From: a virus
Direction: 5' to 3' (one strand)
IMG/VR virus record: IMGVR_UViG_3300022391_000001
Span: 41,470-105,469 of that record
Length of the DNA: 64,000 nt
A program made the position numbers and the translations under genes. Under the pieces are notes generated by a model. The model saw nothing but the letters and a program-made list of their open reading frames with translations. It searched no databases and was not told the origin of the DNA. Position 1 is the stretch's first letter. Every line of letters begins with the position of its first letter. Shown here piece after piece: positions 44,236 through 54,113 of the stretch.

Positions 44236-45654
44236 CTACTCGACCACTCGGATATTGAAGGCAGGCTCCGCCCGGTAGGACGCCAGACGCTCCGCCGAAT
44301 GGCCAGCAAAGTATGGGTTTGTGGTGTCCATGAAGTCAATAAATATGGCCTCTGTTTTGCCGGCGTGCGGCGTCATATTTCGCATCCGCTGGACGCTCGC
44401 CTTCATGTCGCGGCCACCCTCCGCGTTGATAACCACTTCAACTTCAGGGATGTCGATGCCTTCACCAAAAACGGTCCCGATCAGGATCGGACACGATCGG
44501 GAAGTGAACGCCTCGACATTCTCCGCCCTGGTCTCGGAGCGGTCCTTGCCGGTGACCGCTCGATGGTCCAACCCGGCGGCGGTCATCTTCTCGGCGAGGT
44601 CCCGGATCTGGTTCAGCCGATTGCTCACGATCAGCACAGACAGCCCTTCTCGGACCTTCGCCGCCGCCAGCTCCACTATCTTGCGGTTGCGCCAATCGTT
44701 CATGTAGATCAATTTGTCCCGAAGCTCTTGGGACCACTTCCAATCCTTGAACCCTTGGGGCTCATTGCAGCGATGCAGCTCCACGTTCTGGCGCATCAGA
44801 TAGCCCGCTTCAATCAGCCGCGTCGTGGACACGTCAATCCGGATCTCGCCACAACAGCCGCGAAGCCAGATCACCCCTCGCTCCTGCTCCCGCTTGGAGT
44901 CGAAATACACAGTGGCGCTGAGGCCCACCCTGTAGCACGCTCCGAGGTCCATCACGACCTTGTGCCAGACATCCCCTCGGAGGTGGTGGGACTCATCGAA
45001 GATCACCAGGTCATAAGTCTTGGCCACGTGCCTGTATCGTGGTTCCCCTCGGACCTTGCTCAGCGTCTGGACGGTCGCCACCGTAACGCATTTTTCATCC
45101 CAATGTGAATCGCCTATCCTGCCAACGTTGAAACACAGTGCCTCGCTCAACGAGGCGTGCGTCTGGTGGAGAAGCATCTGGGACGGCACGATGAAAAGGG
45201 TCTGCTTGCCCAGCCGGTGGATCAGCCCCGCCGCTGTCTTTGTCTTGCCGGAGCGGATAGGCATCTTCAAGATGCCGAGCCCGGTCTCAACCCCGGGCTC
45301 CGTGATCGCTTCGATGGCCTCCATCTGGTAGTCACGGAGCTTGATCCCGTCATTCCACTCATACCGGACATCGTGGGCCGATGGTCGGCGCTGATTGTCC
45401 AACCGGTAGGGGACCTCCATGTCATCGAACGTGAGCAGGACGGTGCGCAGGAGCCCGATGGGGACTGAATAGCCTCGCTGCGCGTGGTAGGTCATCAGGT
45501 GCTCTCGCCCGTCCCAACGTCCGTTGCGGAATGACGGCGCGAAGCGATGACCTGCGACTGGATAGCTGGTGGCCCTGCTCAACGTCCGGATGATCTGGCG
45601 CGAAGCTCCGTTGATGAGCAGGTGACGGTTTGTTGCTGTTAGCTCGATGACCAT
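44236..45654 (-). CDS. SF2 DEAD/DEAH-box helicase (UvsW/Rad25-like)
   Basis: LRDYQ, RSGKT, DESHH, SAT, EGIDIP, QRMRNM. Confidence 0.9.
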   Translation of the reverse strand: MVIELTATNRHLLINGASRQIIRTLSRATSYPVAGHRFAPSFRNGRWDGREHLMTYHAQRGYSVPIGLLRTVLLTFDDMEVPYRLDNQRRPSAHDVRYEWNDGIKLRDYQMEAIEAITEPGVETGLGILKMPIRSGKTKTAAGLIHRLGKQTLFIVPSQMLLHQTHASLSEALCFNVGRIGDSHWDEKCVTVATVQTLSKVRGEPRYRHVAKTYDLVIFDESHHLRGDVWHKVVMDLGACYRVGLSATVYFDSKREQERGVIWLRGCCGEIRIDVSTTRLIEAGYLMRQNVELHRCNEPQGFKDWKWSQELRDKLIYMNDWRNRKIVELAAAKVREGLSVLIVSNRLNQIRDLAEKMTAAGLDHRAVTGKDRSETRAENVEAFTSRSCPILIGTVFGEGIDIPEVEVVINAEGGRDMKASVQRMRNMTPHAGKTEAIFIDFMDTTNPYFAGHSAERLASYRAEPAFNIRVVE

Positions 45655-45700
45655 GCTCGGCGTATACTGCGCCCGAGCAAGAGACGATGAGTCATATCGT

Positions 45701-45916
45701 TCAGGTTCCTGTTGCCGCCGCTGCTGTCTTCACGCGTTGTAGGGCTCGGAGCCTATCCTTGAGTTCATGTAGGCGTTGGATGCTTTCGTCCAATGTGTCC
45801 AAACGTCTTTGTCGTTGGAGGTCTGCACGGCGGATCATACACACCCGTCGTTTGTCCAACACCGCTTCCAGATCCCTGTTGTGATCCTTTTCAGCCCACT
45901 CGCAGCACCCCTTCAT
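45701..45916 (-). CDS. small coiled-coil protein
   Basis: GGAGGG RBS; end of the lysis cluster. Confidence 0.55.
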   Translation of the reverse strand: MKGCCEWAEKDHNRDLEAVLDKRRVCMIRRADLQRQRRLDTLDESIQRLHELKDRLRALQRVKTAAAATGT

Positions 45917-45929
45917 GGCTTCGCCCTCC

Positions 45930-46145
45930 TCAACGGTGTAGATCCGACAACCCCTTCAGCGTATCATTCAGCGCTTCTGTGATCTCTTGGTACTTTTTGG
46001 CATCACTCTCTGATTTCTCGATGAGCCTAAGATACAACGCCTCCACCTGTTTGTCCTTCTTGATCACCGCATATGTCAGGGCTGCTACGCAGATGCCCAA
46101 CACCCCATACTCGGAAATGGCCGACAACAGCTGGGTGAAGCTCAT
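45930..46145 (-). CDS. holin-like membrane protein
   Basis: One N-terminal TM segment (YGVLGICVAALTYAV) plus coiled coil. Confidence 0.55.
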   Translation of the reverse strand: MSFTQLLSAISEYGVLGICVAALTYAVIKKDKQVEALYLRLIEKSESDAKKYQEITEALNDTLKGLSDLHR

Positions 46146-46480
46146 TGGGCATTCACGATGATAACGCCCATCTGGATTGCTAGGCTAGTGACCAGGACTC
46201 CGACGCCAAAGCCCACCCACCGCTGGAAGCCCGATTGCTCATACCACTTCGGGTCCCTCATTCTGCGGTCCAATTGGCTCTCCAGCCGCTCGATGTATCG
46301 GGCGTCAATCATCTTCTGCTGCTCCGCTTGATCCGCCTTCACCTCCGCCAACAGTAGTGCGGCGAAGCGGTCATCTTGGAGCAGGACGCCGCTGAAGGGC
46401 GCTGGCGTGTCTTCTCGGAGGGCCACGGCGTCGCCTGCGGTGGCGGTCAGCATCACAGCGAGGATGGCCGCGTGGATCAC
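46142..46480 (-). CDS. spanin-like protein (signal peptide, C-terminal TM)
   Basis: Signal peptide, APFSGVLL, coiled coil, KWY, C-terminal TM. Confidence 0.5.
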   Translation of the reverse strand: MIHAAILAVMLTATAGDAVALREDTPAPFSGVLLQDDRFAALLLAEVKADQAEQQKMIDARYIERLESQLDRRMRDPKWYEQSGFQRWVGFGVGVLVTSLAIQMGVIIVNAQ

Positions 46481-46764
46481 GTCCCCCTCCTGTTGTTGAA
46501 CTCAACCAAGCGTCGGCGCCGCTCATCAGGGTCCGAGATCTCCTGGATGTCCTCCAGCTCCAACACCCGCGATTCCATCTTGAGCTTGAGCAATTCATGC
46601 TCGCGTTCCCGTCGGTCCCGATTCATTTGAGCCCTGTATTGAAGCCGCTCTGCTTCAGGACTGTGCGGGAGCAGACGGAGCACGAGACAGATGGCGGCGG
46701 CGATGACAACCAATAGCCACAGCCAGTATCGGCGGAGCCAATCGCAAATGTCGTTAGCCATCAC
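46477..46764 (-). CDS. membrane-anchored coiled-coil protein (i-spanin-like)
   Basis: N-terminal TM followed by a charged helix. Confidence 0.5.
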   Translation of the reverse strand: MMANDICDWLRRYWLWLLVVIAAAICLVLRLLPHSPEAERLQYRAQMNRDRREREHELLKLKMESRVLELEDIQEISDPDERRRRLVEFNNRRGT

Positions 46765-46973
46765 GGCACCTTCTCGTTGGCCTTGATTTTAGCCATCTCC
46801 CGGCGCCACACACGTTCAAGTGAGTGACCAAAGTCGGGCTTGTTTACCTTGTGGACCTGATCAAACCTCTGCTTGCCCCCTTCATCTGCCACATCATACA
46901 CAAACTTGATCGTGTCCGGTGTACCTTCCGGATCTCCAGACACAATCATCTGTGCGTATTCCAGCCGCCTCAT
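46761..46973 (-). CDS. hypothetical protein
   Basis: Tiles in the lysis region. Confidence 0.55.
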   Translation of the reverse strand: MRRLEYAQMIVSGDPEGTPDTIKFVYDVADEGGKQRFDQVHKVNKPDFGHSLERVWRREMAKIKANEKVP

Positions 46974-46984
46974 GGGAGTCCACC

Positions 46985-47524
46985 CTATCCGAGCCGTTTT
47001 TCAGCCTTCCACTTGTTCAACAGCTCATTCCACCCGACAGCGCCCATTCCAGCCAACGCTCCGGCGACCAATGAATTGAGCAGGTGGCCGCTGGTCTGGT
47101 AGCTGACTGCTACCATCGCCGCCGCTCCGAGCCCGGCGGCGATGTAAGGCTTGATCCACTTCCGTCGCTTGTTCTGAAACCAATTGTTGATGGGACCAAA
47201 TTTCAGAAGCTTCATCAGGAGCTGAAGCAACGCGATCAATCCGGCGAGATAGCCCAGCTTGCTCCAGTCGTTGATCACCCGGCCGATGTCATTGATCAAC
47301 TCCTTGGGCGTGGGCTCCGCTTCGGCGCCCTCCGCTGGCGCCAGATGTGTCGCTCCGGAGCCCTCCGTGTCGTTTCCTGCTGTCGCCGACGGTGACGTGG
47401 GCATAGGGCTGGGCGCCGGAGTGCGGATGCTCTCTGCTGTGCCTAGCGGCGTCGTCTGAGCGGCGACCGTCGGCGACGCTAAGCACAACGCCGCTCCGAG
47501 TGCGAGTGCCAAAGGGAATCTCAT
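46985..47524 (-). CDS. membrane protein, holin/antiholin candidate
   Basis: Signal peptide, Pro/Thr linker, three hydrophobic segments; directly after the endolysin; AGGAGG RBS. Confidence 0.6.
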   Translation of the reverse strand: MRFPLALALGAALCLASPTVAAQTTPLGTAESIRTPAPSPMPTSPSATAGNDTEGSGATHLAPAEGAEAEPTPKELINDIGRVINDWSKLGYLAGLIALLQLLMKLLKFGPINNWFQNKRRKWIKPYIAAGLGAAAMVAVSYQTSGHLLNSLVAGALAGMGAVGWNELLNKWKAEKRLG

Positions 47525-47537
47525 CGATCACCTCCTG

Positions 47538-48299
47538 TCAGTAGGACAACGCAAGCTGAAAATGCATGTCATCCCGATTGCGCCACCGTCCTCCCCACGA
47601 GAAACCATGTTCTTCAAACACAGCCACGAAAGCAGGGTCCATCGTCCCCACCTCGCCCACCGGATTGTCAGCCCAGTTGATGTCGCAGGCGATGGCCCAG
47701 CTGTGAGTTGACAGCCCTCGCTTCGGGTCGTGCATCTTGTGTCGAGGGCACCACAGGCTGAATTGCCGGATGAGTTCAGCCAAGCCTTCATCCAGGAGTT
47801 TGTGGAGCACCGATTTGAAGATCGGTTCCACCTTCTTGTGTACAAGTTGTTGACCTACCACCGGCAATTCAGCGCTTGTGATGTGCCTTTCGGCCCAATC
47901 ATTGGTGATCGTGATGTAGCCCCCTTGTGCCTCCTTGTACTCGATGGCGCCATACAGAGCTTCGATTTGGTCCAATCCCCTGGGCACCGGAAATGGCGGA
48001 AGTGTCTCGATGCTTCGGGATGCAACGGCGATCATCACGCGATCGATTGCCTCCTGCGTGGCATCGTCTACAACTCCGGTGACCATGTAGGCTGATTGAA
48101 ATTTGGCCACAGCCGCTTGTGTCTTTGGGCCATAGATGCCGTCAACGACTTCCACAAGCCCGAGCGTGCGCAGAGCCTTCTGCAGCTCGATGACTGCCAG
48201 CCCTCGGGAGCCCCGGCGCAACACGTCATCCACCGTCTCAGACAGCACCAAGCGTGGTGGCGGTTGCCTTGGGGTGAAGACTCGTTTCAGCCAGTCCAT
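47538..48299 (-). CDS. endolysin: peptidoglycan-binding domain plus M15 peptidase
   Basis: LRRGSRG..V.ELQ..L...DGIYGPKTQAAV..FQ; STHSWAIACD; WGGRW...DDMHFQ. Confidence 0.9.
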   Translation of the reverse strand: MDWLKRVFTPRQPPPRLVLSETVDDVLRRGSRGLAVIELQKALRTLGLVEVVDGIYGPKTQAAVAKFQSAYMVTGVVDDATQEAIDRVMIAVASRSIETLPPFPVPRGLDQIEALYGAIEYKEAQGGYITITNDWAERHITSAELPVVGQQLVHKKVEPIFKSVLHKLLDEGLAELIRQFSLWCPRHKMHDPKRGLSTHSWAIACDINWADNPVGEVGTMDPAFVAVFEEHGFSWGGRWRNRDDMHFQLALSY

Positions 48300-48371
48300 G
48301 ACCTTGACTCATAGCCGGTGTTCACGGCTGAGTCTATTGTAGCCTGGCTTGTGGCGGAGCCCGAGTCTGAT

Positions 48372-48812
48372 TTAGGATTTGTTGGGCTTGCTGGGGATAG
48401 GTGTTGGTGATGGTGGTTTGGCGCCAGGTGCTTCAGGTGCCTTTTCGCCCTCCGGCGGAGCTTCTTTTTCAGCGGCGGCTGCTGCTTCCGCTTTCTCGGC
48501 GGCTTTGGTGGCTTTGCGCCGAGACCACTCCGCTGAAACCAGCATCCGAGCATAACCGCCCATCTCGCCTGACACCTCTGCGATGGCCGTCCCGAGCCCG
48601 GTGACTTGTTGGTTTAGCGCTTCCACCTGTTTCTCAACATCCGACTTCCGGGTGTTCAGCTCTCTGACTCGCCGCGAAGTCTCGGTGAGCGTTCTCAGCA
48701 TTTCCTGCTCCAGCGGCGACGCTTCGGCCGGAAGCTCCGAGCGTCCTGCTTGGAGCTTGCCGATGTATTCTTGTGCCTCTTCAGGCGGCATCTGGTCTTG
48801 TTGCTGTTGCAT
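48372..48812 (-). CDS. coiled-coil protein downstream of the tail fibre (possible chaperone)
   Basis: GGGGAG RBS; heptad repeats. Confidence 0.6.
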   Translation of the reverse strand: MQQQQDQMPPEEAQEYIGKLQAGRSELPAEASPLEQEMLRTLTETSRRVRELNTRKSDVEKQVEALNQQVTGLGTAIAEVSGEMGGYARMLVSAEWSRRKATKAAEKAEAAAAAEKEAPPEGEKAPEAPGAKPPSPTPIPSKPNKS

Positions 48813-48851
48813 GTTCTCCCCTTTGAGCCCTCGGAGGGCCAATCAAGGCAA

Positions 48852-51800
48852 TCAAGTTTGTAGGGTGTTAGGGCGCCCCACGACTGTAAAACGAATGTGG
48901 TCAACATCCTCAGCATTGCGCCTAATGAATGCATCTTGAAAAGATGTTGATATGGTGGTGCCTCCACTTACGCTGCACCGGATTTGGTGGATGATGAGTC
49001 CGATTGCTGTGGTGCTAATCCAATAAGTGTGACAAATGCTCATGGAACTTTGGATCCCACTCAAATCCAATGTAACATGTATTTCACTATCAGGATCCAC
49101 TGCTTGATCCAAGTTGATTTGATAGGTCCCTGTCCCCAAATTGGAAACAGAAGCGACATTCCAATGGTTGCCAGAAATAGTGGGGGAAGCTGGTGTCGTG
49201 ATGTCTATCGTTCCGCGCGCAACGATCAGGTTCTGCTGATTCCTGATCAGCAAGTCCCCCTGGCTGGTCGGAGCTTGTGTGCTGTTGTATGTTCTCGTTT
49301 GTTCGGCGTACAGCGCATCCCATCGGTTTGCTGTTGCGGTCGCTCCGAGGTCCTGGCTAGCGGCGCCCGGCAACAAGTCGCCTGTGTCCAACAAACTGAG
49401 CTTGGTGCTGCTGCCAATGACGAAACGCAAATCATCGCCGGAGCGATCATAATCCAGGTAATCATTGTCATCAAATTGCACATAGCTGTTTGCAGTCACA
49501 GCATAGAGCTTCGGCCCGGCGTCGTTGGTGTTCTGGCTGTAATAGATGTTTCGGGCGTACACGGATGCCCACCGCAGCACGGTGGTGCCTAGGTAATTCC
49601 ACCCGTGCGATCCTGGGCTGAAGGACATGTTGGCTGCATCTTCTTGTCTGAAGACGCAATATCTCGTTGCGTCGCCGATGTACACCAGAGCGGTTGCCGG
49701 CGATGAGTTGCAGTCATAGACGATGGAGAACTGCTCGGTGCTCAAAGCGGCGGAGTCGGCTAGCTTGAGCACCGCATCGACAGTCTCGGAGCTGCTGGCG
49801 ATCAGGAGCTTCGCCCCGGCGCCATAGACCATGGCATCGGCACTGTCCAGCGGGGCGTCTTGGCCCGTCCCCATGACAGTGCCGTCGGTGCTGACTCGGA
49901 ACATTTGCGTGCCAGTTGTCGGGCCGGTGGTGGCGCCTGCATGGATTTGAAATCCAGTATAAGCACTCAAACGAGCATCGCTGGATTCCCGTGTGATGGA
50001 AAAGATGTGGGTTGTGCTAGCATAGCCCAACAGCCCATCGTCAGCGCTTGTGGCGTCAAACCGGATGTTGCCGGAAACATCGAGTTTGGTTGTAGGCTGG
50101 ACACCGATGCCGACGTTACCGCCGAAGTAGGTCTCTCCCGCGTTGACATAGATAGCGTAGCCTGGCGTTGCCCCTTGGATGTAGATACCGTAGTTGGTAG
50201 CTGCGCTCGTTAGCGACAGCACGTAGAGCCCGACCTGTTGAGTTATTGTGCCTCCGACTACATTGTTAGCTTGAAAATGCCTGAAGTTAGTTACAGTAGT
50301 AGAAGTCCCAAGACCCCCAAGTGAAACGAAGCCGTAGTAATTGCCTATTGAGCCAGCATTGTTTGAGATATTTAGCAAGGATCGAACGGCCGAGCATTCA
50401 GTAATTGTGCCCGTACCGCTCGGCTTGTTGACATTGCTATACACCCCACGAAGGTCGTCGATTACTTTGCCACTCGCAGCAGTCGATTCAGTAAGAACAT
50501 ACGCACCCCCGACGATACCGCTGCTAGTACCTTGGATCTGATTCTTTGTCAGAGAACCCCAGCCATCAGTATCGCCGTCAGAGGTGATGCCAAGTACGTT
50601 GAACTGGTAGTCTGCATTTGGAGCGACACCGATGCCGACCTGGCCTGTGTTGCTGATAAAAACTCGGTCACCAGCGGAGGTGCGGAAGATCATATTGTCG
50701 GTGTTGTTGTCGTATTTGACACCACCAACGTCCCGGTCATCCACATCGCCAAAAAGGATGCCTGTTTGACCTGTCGTGCCCGCAACGATGACGACATAGG
50801 CGTTGTCGCCAGCCGCTCCATTGTTGCGAAAGCAGGCGACGTCATTGGAATCCCAGCTAGGGGTCCCTTCGGCGACACCGTCTGGACCGACCACGTCGAA
50901 TTTGCGCACGGCGTCGGCGGAAGTGCCTATTGCCAACGTGCCGGGAAACTTGATTGCTCCATCGGCATCAAACTTGGCCACCAGGGTGTCATATGTGTTA
51001 TCGGTTTGCCAATCCCCTCCGCCAGAGACGATGGCAAATGAGTCATCCGTCCCATTCTCACGCAGCCCCATGACAAGCTGGCCGCTGCCCGTCCCTTGGA
51101 TGAGGGAACCGAAAGTTGAGCCAGAGACGATGCTTGTGATGTCCGTGTCTGCTGAGGTGTAATACGCTAACCTCAGCCCAGCGAGGTTCAGGTCCAACCC
51201 TCCGATTTGGTCCAAGACCATCTTGGGTGCGCTCTCAAGAGTCGCGTCGGTGGCGGTGCCGTCCTGTGTGAAGAATTCCAGTGCGCTGGAAGCGTTGTAC
51301 AGCGTTGCTGCGCTCCATGTCGCTCCGATTGAGCGCACCCGGATTGCCGCCGCCGGGTGATACAGCGCCCCCCGGCGACCTTCCCACTTGATGCCGCCGA
51401 GATACATTCCAGAGGTGACGATGTCCTCGGTGGAGGTGAGCTTGAGATACACGTCTGCGGCGGATGAAAGGTGCAATCGCTCTGCTGGTGTCGTTATCCC
51501 TATGCCGACCTTCCCGTTGCTGTCAATTTTGAGTCTGTTGGTTCCAGATCCGGCTATACCGGTCCATATATTGAAGGAATCATCTGTTGATTCTTTTGTG
51601 ATATGAAATGACGTAGAAATATTGTCGCCCAGAATAACTGAGCAGTAATCAGAACCGTTGGTCACATGTAACGTACCGGCCGGTGCAGCACCGATACCTA
51701 CAGCACCGTCAAATCGACAAATGCCCGAGTCCACCCAGATGGAGTAGTTGTTGCCGCTTCCGCCCGAAGCTCCGCCGATGTACAAGCCATAGTTGTCGAC

Positions 51801-54098
51801 CGATGCGGCATTTTGCGTGGCGATACGGACACCCCAAGCACTGGTGATGGTTCCAGAGCCGGTTGGAGTTGCCACATTCAGACCATACAACCCGCCAATC
51901 GTCCCCGTATGGTTGTAAACTCCATCGGCATAATAGTGGAAATGATTGGTGATATCGCCAGCATCTGCCGTGGTTGTGTATGACCTGAAAGCATAATAGC
52001 TTGTGATGTCGCCAGCTTCAGTCTTTTCCAGACGGCTAAACACCCCGCGCAAATCAACTATGTCTCCAGTCGTGTGTGCGGTCTTGTGGTAGAAGCTGCC
52101 CGTTGTTAGCGCTCCGGCGCTTGCCCCGGTGATGTTGTGATATAATTCAGATACAGTTTGCGTCAAAGATGTGGAGCTGTCCCTCCACACTCGCAACTGT
52201 TGTGCCGTCGCTGGTGTTGTCCCTATGGCAACGTTGTCGTCAATGCGTACGGTCCCGCTGTCTACCCAAAGAGCGTATCCTGGACTGGCGCCCGCGATGT
52301 ACACGCCATAGTTGTTGGTGCCACGTGTCAGGTTTTCAACGTGGAGCCCGTACTGAGCGTTGATCGTCCCGGCGCCCGCCGGATTGTCTGCTCGAAAGTG
52401 CGTTAGGTCCGTCACCGTGCCGGCGGTGGTGTTGCCGGCGGAGTGGAAGCCCTTGACGCTGGTGACGGTGCTCGTTTGCGACTTGTCAAAATAGTGCTTG
52501 TAACCAACCACTTCTGCCGAGGTCCCGGTGCCGGTCAGAGCGAGATCACTCACATAGGCATCGTACACGCCCTTGGTGTTGGCGGATGCGTCGTTGATGT
52601 ACGCTCGGGCGTGGACGCAATATTCATCCAGAGACTGGTGATCGAGGTCCGCCACCGACTGCAAGTAATGTTGGAGGTTGACAGATGTGTGGTCCCCGAA
52701 GTAGCCCTTGACCGAGTGCGTCTCAGCCCAGCGGATGGCAGGCGTCCCGAGGTCCTGCGAATTGTCCAGTGCCGGGATGAAGTCCCCGCTGAAGGACAAG
52801 TTGGCCGTATAGATATTGGCCCAACGTTCCGTCGGCGACCCCAGGTTGTATGTGTCCGGCGAAGCGGGCAGGATGGTCTGTGTGTTGAGCAGCCCTCCGA
52901 TAGCCAGCTTTGCTGTTGTGTCCGGAGTCCGAGCGATGCCGATGCGCCCCGTGGGCCCATCGACGATGAAGTGGTTGGCGGTCCCGGCGGTGTCGGTGTG
53001 CTTCCACTCGCCTTTGATCAGGTGGGTGTCCACCGCCGCGTCGTCACCGGCGGTCAGGTTGTCCGTGATCGTCTGTGACGCGTTGACCTGGACAAAGTCC
53101 TGTTGCGTCGTGGTGCCTTCAACCGTGAGGTCGCCCTCGATGACCACATTGCCCGCCTCATCGACGGAGAACATGGTGGAGCCTGTGTAGTCCTTGACTG
53201 TGATCTGCGGCTCCGCCGATTCCCCGGCGATTGACTTCACCTCGATCTTCAGCCGGTCGTTGCTGGCCACTCGGGTGATATGGCTGAGGGTGGACAACGA
53301 AGCTGGAATCAGCTCCTGCTCGTCCGTGTCAAATACGCTGGGTGTGAATCCCGCTCCGACGCCAGTGACAGTGCCCAGGAAGCAGCTCAACCCCGCCACG
53401 CGGGGGTCTGTGTATCGTTGGACAACGGGTCCTAGCAGGATGACCGTGTAGTCAGCCGGAGTCGTGGACACGTCACCAACGTCTTGGCCCAAGAGCCCGG
53501 TGGTGGTGATCACATTCTGGCCGCCCGACCACGCCACTGTCGCCGTCTCGATGGCCACCGCTGCCGTCGTTGCTCCAACAGGCAGATCATTCTTGTACAC
53601 CAACACCTGGCGTCCTGCGTTGGATGCGCCGGATTCTGTGATGGTGTTCACCCGGAAAGTGAGGGTGGCCCCGTTGTTGGTGACCAGGTCAGGGGTCCCG
53701 GCTCTGCCCAGGATCTCCCTGTATGTGCTGTACTCGGGATAACCGCTCCGAGGGTTGATCTGAACATCGGCTGGACGCAGAGCCCGTTGGAGCGCCACAT
53801 AGTAGTCCACACCAACCGCGTTCTCAAAGTAGATGCCGGACTTGACCGCTGAGGCGTCGGAGATGTCGATGAGGTTGCCGATGCCGTCGGACACCAGGTC
53901 TGTGCCCGCGATTTGGATCCTGTCAGCCCCGTCGGCGGCGATGGTCAACCCGTTCCCGTGGACCGCTCCGGAGCTGAAGACACGCTCCGCGTGCTCACGC
54001 AACCCTTCGCGCAGATAGTCCAGAAATTTGTCGCCAAAGTCCTGATACCCAAGCAGCTTCTTGGCGGTGATGCTTGTAAATTCAGCGCCTGTTGACAT
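48852..54098 (-). CDS. long tail fibre / receptor-binding protein
   Basis: 1748 aa, Gly/Thr/Ser-rich; repeated VGIG, NYG.YI and LG....RW motifs; follows baseplate genes. Confidence 0.85.
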   Translation of the reverse strand: MSTGAEFTSITAKKLLGYQDFGDKFLDYLREGLREHAERVFSSGAVHGNGLTIAADGADRIQIAGTDLVSDGIGNLIDISDASAVKSGIYFENAVGVDYYVALQRALRPADVQINPRSGYPEYSTYREILGRAGTPDLVTNNGATLTFRVNTITESGASNAGRQVLVYKNDLPVGATTAAVAIETATVAWSGGQNVITTTGLLGQDVGDVSTTPADYTVILLGPVVQRYTDPRVAGLSCFLGTVTGVGAGFTPSVFDTDEQELIPASLSTLSHITRVASNDRLKIEVKSIAGESAEPQITVKDYTGSTMFSVDEAGNVVIEGDLTVEGTTTQQDFVQVNASQTITDNLTAGDDAAVDTHLIKGEWKHTDTAGTANHFIVDGPTGRIGIARTPDTTAKLAIGGLLNTQTILPASPDTYNLGSPTERWANIYTANLSFSGDFIPALDNSQDLGTPAIRWAETHSVKGYFGDHTSVNLQHYLQSVADLDHQSLDEYCVHARAYINDASANTKGVYDAYVSDLALTGTGTSAEVVGYKHYFDKSQTSTVTSVKGFHSAGNTTAGTVTDLTHFRADNPAGAGTINAQYGLHVENLTRGTNNYGVYIAGASPGYALWVDSGTVRIDDNVAIGTTPATAQQLRVWRDSSTSLTQTVSELYHNITGASAGALTTGSFYHKTAHTTGDIVDLRGVFSRLEKTEAGDITSYYAFRSYTTTADAGDITNHFHYYADGVYNHTGTIGGLYGLNVATPTGSGTITSAWGVRIATQNAASVDNYGLYIGGASGGSGNNYSIWVDSGICRFDGAVGIGAAPAGTLHVTNGSDYCSVILGDNISTSFHITKESTDDSFNIWTGIAGSGTNRLKIDSNGKVGIGITTPAERLHLSSAADVYLKLTSTEDIVTSGMYLGGIKWEGRRGALYHPAAAIRVRSIGATWSAATLYNASSALEFFTQDGTATDATLESAPKMVLDQIGGLDLNLAGLRLAYYTSADTDITSIVSGSTFGSLIQGTGSGQLVMGLRENGTDDSFAIVSGGGDWQTDNTYDTLVAKFDADGAIKFPGTLAIGTSADAVRKFDVVGPDGVAEGTPSWDSNDVACFRNNGAAGDNAYVVIVAGTTGQTGILFGDVDDRDVGGVKYDNNTDNMIFRTSAGDRVFISNTGQVGIGVAPNADYQFNVLGITSDGDTDGWGSLTKNQIQGTSSGIVGGAYVLTESTAASGKVIDDLRGVYSNVNKPSGTGTITECSAVRSLLNISNNAGSIGNYYGFVSLGGLGTSTTVTNFRHFQANNVVGGTITQQVGLYVLSLTSAATNYGIYIQGATPGYAIYVNAGETYFGGNVGIGVQPTTKLDVSGNIRFDATSADDGLLGYASTTHIFSITRESSDARLSAYTGFQIHAGATTGPTTGTQMFRVSTDGTVMGTGQDAPLDSADAMVYGAGAKLLIASSSETVDAVLKLADSAALSTEQFSIVYDCNSSPATALVYIGDATRYCVFRQEDAANMSFSPGSHGWNYLGTTVLRWASVYARNIYYSQNTNDAGPKLYAVTANSYVQFDDNDYLDYDRSGDDLRFVIGSSTKLSLLDTGDLLPGAASQDLGATATANRWDALYAEQTRTYNSTQAPTSQGDLLIRNQQNLIVARGTIDITTPASPTISGNHWNVASVSNLGTGTYQINLDQAVDPDSEIHVTLDLSGIQSSMSICHTYWISTTAIGLIIHQIRCSVSGGTTISTSFQDAFIRRNAEDVDHIRFTVVGRPNTLQT

Positions 54099-54113
54099 GA
54101 CTTCGCCTCACGG

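Noticed and set aside
48852-49300. Diversity-generating retroelement variable region at the tail-fibre tip
   Set aside because: No reverse transcriptase or template repeat is visible in the window.
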